Of a stretch of 39,398 nucleotides of DNA, positions 33,697 through 39,398 are shown one piece after another. The notes under the pieces are model-generated. The model was not told where the DNA came from. It saw only the letters and a program-made list of their open reading frames with translations, and searched no databases. This DNA comes from a virus. Numbering within the stretch: the stretch's first letter is position 1; every line of letters starts with the position of its first letter. Both the position numbers and the translations under genes were made by a program. The stretch spans positions 1-39,398 of the IMG/VR virus record IMGVR_UViG_3300010167_000006; one strand, given 5' to 3'.

Positions 33697-35025
33697 GTGT
33701 TTATCTCTTTTAAAGAGCTTGAGCGCGAACAGGCGCAAGGCCTCGACTATAAAATAGCCTCCGCGGTTTCCGCGATACAAAAAGCGTACGGCGTCAGCAA
33801 ACACCGCGCCGCGATAGCGTTTTCCGGCGGCAAGGACTCGACCGTACTGTGGCACTTGATACGCACTAATTTCCCGGAGCAAGCTGCGAAAACTTACGTT
33901 ATCTATGGCAATACTGGCGTCGAGTATCCGGAGTGCCTCCGTTTCGCCCGCGCTCTCGGTAAAAACTGGGGACCGGGACTGTTTCACGAGGCGCACCCGG
34001 AAAAAACCGACACCTTCGGCCTTAAATACAAGGCGCAGAAAGCCGTATTGGATCATGTCGCGGAAACAGGACGACTCGGCGAGATACTCAAGCCCGACGG
34101 AAAGCTCAAAAGCACGTCCGCGCTCGAAAACGTCTGCCCGGCGGATATGATGGAAAAATTCGCAAGCGAAAAACTCGTCTGGCCGGTAGGCACGCGCAAA
34201 ACTTATTGGTGGTGCGTAGATCAATACGGCTGGCCCCTGCTCGGCAAGGCGGCGTCGATGCTCAAAGCCCGGCGGATAAATATTGATTGTTTTTTAAAAT
34301 ATTCGAATAGCGCGAGCGAAAAAGGGAAACTTTTGGCATATTACAAACTGCTCAAGCGTGTGAAATTTTCCCAGGCATGCTGCGATATACTCAAAAAGGA
34401 GCCGTCGGAGAAGCTGCAGGCCGAGTTAGACGTCGACGTGGTTTTCAAGGGCCTAATGGCCTCGGAGAGCAGATCGCGGCAGACGAACTTCGTCACCCGA
34501 GGGTATCTGTTTGAGTCGACCCGTGAACATTTACAGGGCGACAGTTTTTGGCATTGCAACCCGATGTCTATTTGGACGGATGACGATGTATGGGCGTACA
34601 TCCGCCGGTTCGGCGTGCCGTACTCGACGCTGTACGACATGGGTTACACCGACGCCGGCGGCGTCTGCCGAAAAATCAAGCGCAACGGCTGTATGGGCTG
34701 CGGTACGGATTTAATGTACCCAAATAATCATATGTCCATGCTCCGCCGGACTCATCCGAAACAATGGGACGCCTTCATGCGGCTTGGGATGGCCGCGGAG
34801 ATACAAAATTTACAGATTGAAAAACGTAACGGGCAGATGTCTATTTTCGACTTCGCGGCCGCGAATCCGGACCACGCGGATGAGGTTATCGGGCGGATCA
34901 TAGACGAGAGACCCTGCGTTTTCGACCGTATCGACAGATTAGTAATTGATGATGAGATGTGGCCCGGCGAAACGCCGGAGTATGACCCGGAGGTGGGGGA
35001 GGAAAGGATGATAAAACTCACATGA
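33697..35025 (+). CDS. cysH: PAPS reductase-family / CysH-like PP-loop enzyme (442 aa)
   Basis: AFSGGKDSTVLWHL PP-loop, YGNTGVEYPE and MASESRSRQ motifs. C-terminal Cys cluster CRKIKRNGCMGCG. GTG start. ATGA coupling to the next gene. Confidence 0.75.
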   Translation: MFISFKELEREQAQGLDYKIASAVSAIQKAYGVSKHRAAIAFSGGKDSTVLWHLIRTNFPEQAAKTYVIYGNTGVEYPECLRFARALGKNWGPGLFHEAHPEKTDTFGLKYKAQKAVLDHVAETGRLGEILKPDGKLKSTSALENVCPADMMEKFASEKLVWPVGTRKTYWWCVDQYGWPLLGKAASMLKARRINIDCFLKYSNSASEKGKLLAYYKLLKRVKFSQACCDILKKEPSEKLQAELDVDVVFKGLMASESRSRQTNFVTRGYLFESTREHLQGDSFWHCNPMSIWTDDDVWAYIRRFGVPYSTLYDMGYTDAGGVCRKIKRNGCMGCGTDLMYPNNHMSMLRRTHPKQWDAFMRLGMAAEIQNLQIEKRNGQMSIFDFAAANPDHADEVIGRIIDERPCVFDRIDRLVIDDEMWPGETPEYDPEVGEERMIKLT

Positions 35026-35726
35026 CCGCGTCCGAACTTTTTGCCGGGCCGGAGCGCAACCCGGGCCCGAACGTTTGCTACTACTGCGGCGCGCCCTGCG
35101 ACGATACTTATCTGACAAAAACTTACGTGCGGGACACGTTTACCAACCGGGACGTCGTCAAGTACCCATCGTCCGATCACGTGTGCCGGGGCTGCGTCCT
35201 GTCCATGGGCGACGGATGGGAGAACATGCCGATGCTGGACGGGAGCGTCAAGGGATTCGACCCGCAGACGACGAATCCGCGCAGCCTCGCGCCGAGGTTG
35301 TACTCCTGGCTGATTTCGGTCGAAAAACGTCTCGCTTTTACCAAAGCCCATATCGGGTTGATACGCGGGATCCTCACGGAGCCTGATAAACTTCCGGAGC
35401 CGCCCTTTACGGTTGTGCTGACCGACAGCGGACAAAAGCAGCTAATCTTTCGCGCGCCGGTCGCGCTCAAAAAAGACGCTTTCGAAGTGATGTTAGAGGA
35501 TCAAGCGATAGAGATAACGCCCGAAAAATTGAGCACGCGGCTACGCACCGCGAATCAGATATCGACGAAACTTGGTAAACCTATATTGTCGTCGCACATA
35601 AATATGAACACATATATCGCAGCGCGCAAATGGCATTTGGAACCTTTTCTTAACGAATGGCAGGCGCTGCGTAACGAGCCGTTGTCCCGGCTCGCGGCAT
35701 GGCTGGCGGAACCTAAAGAAAAATAA
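35022..35726 (+). CDS. csf1: Csf1-like (Cas8-like large subunit of type IV) zinc-finger protein
   Basis: N-terminal CYYCG...(38 aa)...CRGC zinc ribbon; 234 aa; position upstream of the Cas11/Cas7/Cas5-like genes. Confidence 0.45.
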   Translation: MTASELFAGPERNPGPNVCYYCGAPCDDTYLTKTYVRDTFTNRDVVKYPSSDHVCRGCVLSMGDGWENMPMLDGSVKGFDPQTTNPRSLAPRLYSWLISVEKRLAFTKAHIGLIRGILTEPDKLPEPPFTVVLTDSGQKQLIFRAPVALKKDAFEVMLEDQAIEITPEKLSTRLRTANQISTKLGKPILSSHINMNTYIAARKWHLEPFLNEWQALRNEPLSRLAAWLAEPKEK

Positions 35727-35740
35727 TGGGAGGCAAACGC

Positions 35741-35899
35741 ATGAAAATAATTGGACACATTGATTTTACACCGGTCGAAAATTGCAAAAACCCCGATACA
35801 TACGGTTATATTTGCGTTAAGTGCAATGATTGCGGGCGGTTTGATTCAAACGGAACTTTAAAATCGGAATCTAAAATAAAAGAGGAGGAGTGCACATGA
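35741..35899 (+). CDS. Small Cys-containing ORF (52 aa) inside the operon
   Basis: GGGAGG RBS 7 nt upstream. CVKCNDC motif. Its stop overlaps the next ATG (ATGA at 35896-35899). Below the ORF-track size cut-off. Confidence 0.4.
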   Translation: MKIIGHIDFTPVENCKNPDTYGYICVKCNDCGRFDSNGTLKSESKIKEEECT

Positions 35900-36402
35900 T
35901 CCAATTTTCCGCGGAGCAGTTTCGTCAACGCCTCGCCGGGTTGGAATCCCCCGAACGGCGTTTCGACGAGGACGAGATCGAGGACATGAAGACGGTAGCC
36001 GTCCTGATGATACGGGCGCTGCGCGACGTCTTCGGGGATTCGCTCGACCGTAAGACGGTTTGGGAGCGCATATCGGGAGGTATCGTCGTCGCCGCCGCGA
36101 AAACCGGCGGAAGCCAGTTTTCCATAGGCGACAAATTCATCGCGGCCCTGCTGGATCACGTTAAGGCAAGCGCCAACGCGGTGGTGGGCAGCGACAACCT
36201 AAAAGCCGCGACGGCGGCGGTCAATCAAATGTCCAGGGACGGACAAAGGCAGTTTATCCGGACATGCGTCGAGTACCGTATGATCCTTTGCCTGGAGGCG
36301 CGCGAATCAGTGCTGCTGGAAAGCGCCGGCAAAACGGCGAGGATCCCAGACGTCAATCCCCTAAAAACCGGCGAAGAAGAGGAGGCGGAAGGCGATGCAT
36401 GA
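35896..36402 (+). CDS. cas11: Cas11-like small subunit (predicted all-helical, 168 aa)
   Basis: Size, helix-favouring composition, and position between the Csf1-like and Cas7-like genes. Overlaps the next gene by 8 nt. Confidence 0.4.
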   Translation: MIQFSAEQFRQRLAGLESPERRFDEDEIEDMKTVAVLMIRALRDVFGDSLDRKTVWERISGGIVVAAAKTGGSQFSIGDKFIAALLDHVKASANAVVGSDNLKAATAAVNQMSRDGQRQFIRTCVEYRMILCLEARESVLLESAGKTARIPDVNPLKTGEEEEAEGDA

Positions 36403-37486
36403 GATAAAAACGGTGAAACTCCATGCGCTCTCCACGGCGCTGTCCCCACTGACGCACATGCAGGGCAATCAAGGCAACGAGGCGGTTATCAACCGCACGC
36501 GCGTCATGTACGTGGGCAGGGTTTGCGAGGTCCCGGCGTTGTCCGGCAACGCGATCCGGCACAAGATGGTCCGCGAACCCGGCGCCAATTTTTTGGTCAT
36601 GGAGTGCGGCTTGTACGGTAAGCTCAATATCGACCAGGCCAATTTTCTTTTTTACGGCGGAAGCCTGACGGAAAGCGCGATTTCGGACAACCTCGGAAAA
36701 ATCGCCGCGATGCAGGAGTTACTGCCACTCTACCGCCTGCTGGGCGGCAGCTTGAAAAACCAGGTGCTGGCCGGCAGCTTATTGGTCGGGATGGGAACGC
36801 TTATATGCGAGGAAAACCGGGACGTCCTGGAAAAATCGCTGCCGGAGGAATTGATTTACGGGATGCCGGAACTGCGCTCCTGCGAAGACTACGTCTCCGG
36901 GTACCAGTACACAAGGGGGGATGCTGCGAAACGTCCGGATTTACTCGCGACGGATATCTGCGACGCCGATGGGCGCGAAAAGTCCAACCAAATGATATAT
37001 GCGGGCCAGCACGTGATACCGGGCGCTGTTTTTTATCACAGGTTTATTTTACAAAACGTCAACCGTATTGAAGTCGGCGCGCTGTACGCGGCGCTCTTGG
37101 ACTGGGGCGCGAACGACGGCACCATGGGCGGGTCGGGGCGGATCGGGCACGGCAGCATTAAAACGGAGATATATGCCGATGGTACAAATTTTTTCGGCGA
37201 CGAGTTGGACCTAAAGGCTTACGCAGACGAATACCGCGAATATGTCAGGGACCATAAAAACGGCATAATCGCCTGGCTTAACGAAGCTTTCCCCGTATAC
37301 GACAGGGCGGCTAAGGCAAAAGCGAAACCGGCGGGGAAAACCGGCAGGAAAACCGGCGATCCGGTGAATACGCAATCGGACGCAGCTTTTGATACGTCCG
37401 CGGATCTATCCATGGAAAAATTTGCTTCGCAAATGGATTTTTTTGACGCCGCGGACTCTTTACCCGACGCGGATACGGAGGCATAA
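36395..37486 (+). CDS. csf2: Csf2 / Cas7-family RAMP backbone subunit
   Basis: Motifs LSTALSPLTH, PALSGNAIRHKMVRE, FLFYGGSL, LYRLLGGSL and the glycine-rich GGSGRIGHGSI, arranged as in Cas7 RAMPs; 363 aa. Confidence 0.6.
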   Translation: MHEIKTVKLHALSTALSPLTHMQGNQGNEAVINRTRVMYVGRVCEVPALSGNAIRHKMVREPGANFLVMECGLYGKLNIDQANFLFYGGSLTESAISDNLGKIAAMQELLPLYRLLGGSLKNQVLAGSLLVGMGTLICEENRDVLEKSLPEELIYGMPELRSCEDYVSGYQYTRGDAAKRPDLLATDICDADGREKSNQMIYAGQHVIPGAVFYHRFILQNVNRIEVGALYAALLDWGANDGTMGGSGRIGHGSIKTEIYADGTNFFGDELDLKAYADEYREYVRDHKNGIIAWLNEAFPVYDRAAKAKAKPAGKTGRKTGDPVNTQSDAAFDTSADLSMEKFASQMDFFDAADSLPDADTEA

Positions 37487-37489
37487 GCG

Positions 37490-38227
37490 ATGGGCGATTC
37501 GCATGGAAGGCATCCCCTCAAAAATTGGCTCGTTTCGGCGTGGCTGTCGACGCCGTTGTGCGGCGACCCGCCGCAGTTGGACGCCGTCCTGCAATGGGAG
37601 ATGGCCAACCGCCTGGGCCTTAAGCACGCCAAAAAAACCGGCAGGTGGACGCCGCCGGATGAGATCGAGGACGTGCCTATTAGCCTCGCGAAACGTACAG
37701 TCAACGGCAGGGACATACATTGTTGCAGTTCGCCCATCATCCCGCCTTTATATGCGCAGGAAGCCGGTTATATCGAAAAAATACCATCCGAGTGGGTGGA
37801 CCATACGGGCAAGCGTTTCGAATCGGCGAAAATGGCCGGGATAATAGCGCCGGAATACCGAAAATCGGTATTGACCGCCTCCGGACCGTATAAGCAAAGG
37901 TTCGTCCCGGAGCGCGTGCGGCTCGTACCGCGGGTTTGTTGGTTCCTCCGGGGAGACCGCGAGGGGATAAATAAACTGCTTATCCGGATTTATGCCTTGG
38001 GCCGACACAGGTCGATAGGGTACGGAGCGGTTTGGAAATGGACTTTTGACGAGGTCGCGAATGATTATTCTATTTTTACGCCGTGTAACGGCAAAATAAT
38101 ACTTATGAGGATTTTACCCGTTGGCGAGGATCTCAACAACGTTTGCGGGTACAGGCTTTCGTTCGGCGGATACCGTGCGCCGTACTGGCACCCGGCGTAT
38201 CAAACCGAGGTCGCGGTGCCTTGTTGA
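37490..38227 (+). CDS. csf3: Csf3 / Cas5-family RAMP subunit
   Basis: N-terminal LSTPLCGDPPQLDAVL and C-terminal glycine-rich loop ALGRHRSIGYGAV; 245 aa; 3-nt gap after the Cas7-like gene. Confidence 0.5.
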   Translation: MGDSHGRHPLKNWLVSAWLSTPLCGDPPQLDAVLQWEMANRLGLKHAKKTGRWTPPDEIEDVPISLAKRTVNGRDIHCCSSPIIPPLYAQEAGYIEKIPSEWVDHTGKRFESAKMAGIIAPEYRKSVLTASGPYKQRFVPERVRLVPRVCWFLRGDREGINKLLIRIYALGRHRSIGYGAVWKWTFDEVANDYSIFTPCNGKIILMRILPVGEDLNNVCGYRLSFGGYRAPYWHPAYQTEVAVPC

Positions 38228-38661
38228 GGACGGGGAAAAACGACCACGGACCCATACACGCGGCGAAGGTATGCGTCCTATGCGCTTTGCTCGGGGCAAA
38301 ATTGGAGCTTCCGATCGACAACATTTATATACTGATGTTCGCGGCGATCGCACACGATTCCGGCAGGACCGATAATAAGGACGACAGGAAACACGGGGCC
38401 TTGGGCGTAAAAACCCTTCTCTTCGCGGACATGGAAACGACGAGGGATTTGGTCGCACTGCATTCGCAGCCGGACTCGTATATTAACAAAATCGCCTCGG
38501 AAGAAATAGAATCACTCGCGATGATATTTAAGGACGCCGACGTGCTGGACAGGGTCCGAACCGGCGACCTGGAAGAAAAATACCTCCGGACGGACGAGGC
38601 CAAAAGCCTCGTCCGGTTCGCGCGGGAGTTGAATTTATGCTTATCGAAAGTGACCGATTGA
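38221..38661 (+). CDS. HD-domain metal-dependent phosphohydrolase
   Basis: IHAAKV...AAIAHDSGR...RKHGALG...FKDADVLDRV (H, HD, H, D). Start uncertain: TTG 38221/38224 overlapping the csf3-like stop, or ATG 38143. Confidence 0.6.
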   Translation: MLRTGKNDHGPIHAAKVCVLCALLGAKLELPIDNIYILMFAAIAHDSGRTDNKDDRKHGALGVKTLLFADMETTRDLVALHSQPDSYINKIASEEIESLAMIFKDADVLDRVRTGDLEEKYLRTDEAKSLVRFARELNLCLSKVTD

Positions 38662-39398
38662 CGGACGCCGATCGTTATCACTGGTACCAAATGCTTGAGC
38701 TGGACGAACTGCATTCCCGGACAGGTATGTACAAAACGCACGTTAAATTAACTATGGAAATAATTGTAAAGTTTATTGAAAAGAACCTGAACTACTATGT
38801 CGCCGTCTCCTGGGGTAAAGACAGCGTCGTTTTAGCCCATATGTTCCATTTTGCCAGCGCGAAATGCAAATATTACTATCTGCACAACATTTTTAGGGAA
38901 ACTGAAGGCTGCCTTGCTGTTCGGAATGAATTTTTAAGCAGATATCCGATCGAATACGAGGAAATCGTATACAATTACGCCGAAGCCGACGAAACCTATT
39001 TCGACTTAAAGGGAAGGCCCGCGAAATGGTACAACATCAGAAAAGGCTTGCATAAAAAACACGATATACACGTGACGGGTGTCAGAAGCGACGAAAGCGC
39101 GGAACGGAGGATGCGTTTTAAATATTTCGGGCTGGAAACGGAAAAAACCTTCGCGCCGTTTATGCATATGGAAGCGCGGGACATTTTCGCATATCTGTTG
39201 GTTAACGATTTGCCCACCCACCCGAATTACGCCATGACCGGCGGCGGCAGGTGGGACAAATACAGGATTCGAGTTTCGGCGCTCGGGCACGAACGCGGCG
39301 CGGGCATCGGCCGCACGAATTGGGAAACAGAGTATTATCCGGACAGGATGAGCAGGATAAAAAAGGCGGAATACGATGATATCCATTTTCGCAGTGAA
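38637..39398 (+). CDS. Second PAPS reductase-family PP-loop protein (continues to 153 across the junction, 264 aa in total)
   Basis: VAVSWGKDSVVLAHM PP-loop and VTGVRSDESAERR motifs. Overlaps the HD gene by 25 nt. Open to the window end. Confidence 0.7.
   Translation, partial: MLIESDRLTDADRYHWYQMLELDELHSRTGMYKTHVKLTMEIIVKFIEKNLNYYVAVSWGKDSVVLAHMFHFASAKCKYYYLHNIFRETEGCLAVRNEFLSRYPIEYEEIVYNYAEADETYFDLKGRPAKWYNIRKGLHKKHDIHVTGVRSDESAERRMRFKYFGLETEKTFAPFMHMEARDIFAYLLVNDLPTHPNYAMTGGGRWDKYRIRVSALGHERGAGIGRTNWETEYYPDRMSRIKKAEYDDIHFRSE
39276..39398. repeat. Terminal direct repeat, identical to 1..123
   Basis: Read directly, 123/123 identity. Confidence 0.95.

Larger units (their letters stand above)
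1..39398. mobile_element. Complete temperate siphovirus-type phage genome, circularly closed assembly (unique length about 39,275 bp)
   Basis: Contiguous lysogeny, replication, packaging, HK97-like head, non-contractile tail (no sheath gene) and lysis modules; the window ends are identical over 123 nt. Confidence 0.85.

Noticed and set aside
38143-38220. ATG 38143 as the start of the HD-domain protein
   Set aside because: It would overlap the Cas5-like gene by 85 nt, and the extra N-terminus (MRVQAFVRRIPCAVLAPGVSNRG...) looks like out-of-frame noise. TTG at 38221/38224 overlapping the upstream stop fits the coupling seen in the rest of the operon. This is not proven.
1-39398. Diversity-generating retroelement or retron as an explanation for the variable tail-fibre region
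   Set aside because: No reverse transcriptase-like ORF and no template/variable repeat pair were seen. The variability is explained by the inverted-repeat-flanked cassette.

Overview
The window is a complete, circularly closed genome of a temperate siphovirus-type phage. The first 123 nt (1-123) are identical to the last 123 nt (39276-39398), so the unique length is about 39,275 bp, and one gene (38637..39398) continues into 1..153.

Module order:
- Early/accessory genes (278-2269): a P-loop/Lar-like fusion and a small tyrosine recombinase.
- Late-gene regulator, HNH endonuclease, TerS and TerL (2397-5925).
- HK97-type portal, prohead protease and capsid (6242-10030).
- Head-tail joining proteins, tail tube, G/G-T chaperone with a -1 frameshift, and tape measure (10058-15105).
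- Distal tail and receptor-binding genes (15107-20113).
- An invertible tail-fibre cassette with an adjacent tyrosine recombinase (19143-21895).
- Lysis cassette (21955-23622).
- A moron island (23742-25286).
- attP carrying the 3' half of tRNA-Gly(GCC), plus the integrase (25649-26905).
- CI/Cro switch with palindromic operators (27100-27865).
- Replication module with iterons inside the initiator gene (30056-31105).
- ParB-like protein and Dam-like methyltransferase (31128-33079).

The most notable locus is a translationally coupled operon at 33697-39398(+1-153). It reads as a CRISPR-array-less type IV-B-like Cas effector: cysH-like PP-loop enzyme, Csf1-like zinc-finger subunit, Cas11-like, Csf2/Cas7-like and Csf3/Cas5-like. 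It is extended by an HD-domain protein and a second PAPS-reductase-family protein. No CRISPR array, cas6, cas1/2 or helicase-nuclease is visible anywhere in the genome.

Other points worth follow-up:
- A 12-nt periodic GGAC-N4-GTCC mini-palindrome recurs in several unrelated genes and one noncoding region.
- A GC-rich, hairpin-dense noncoding island lies upstream of the replication gene.
- A small ORF antisense to the end of the repressor gene resembles the repressor C-terminus.

All functional calls come from reading motifs and gene order by eye. No database search was run.
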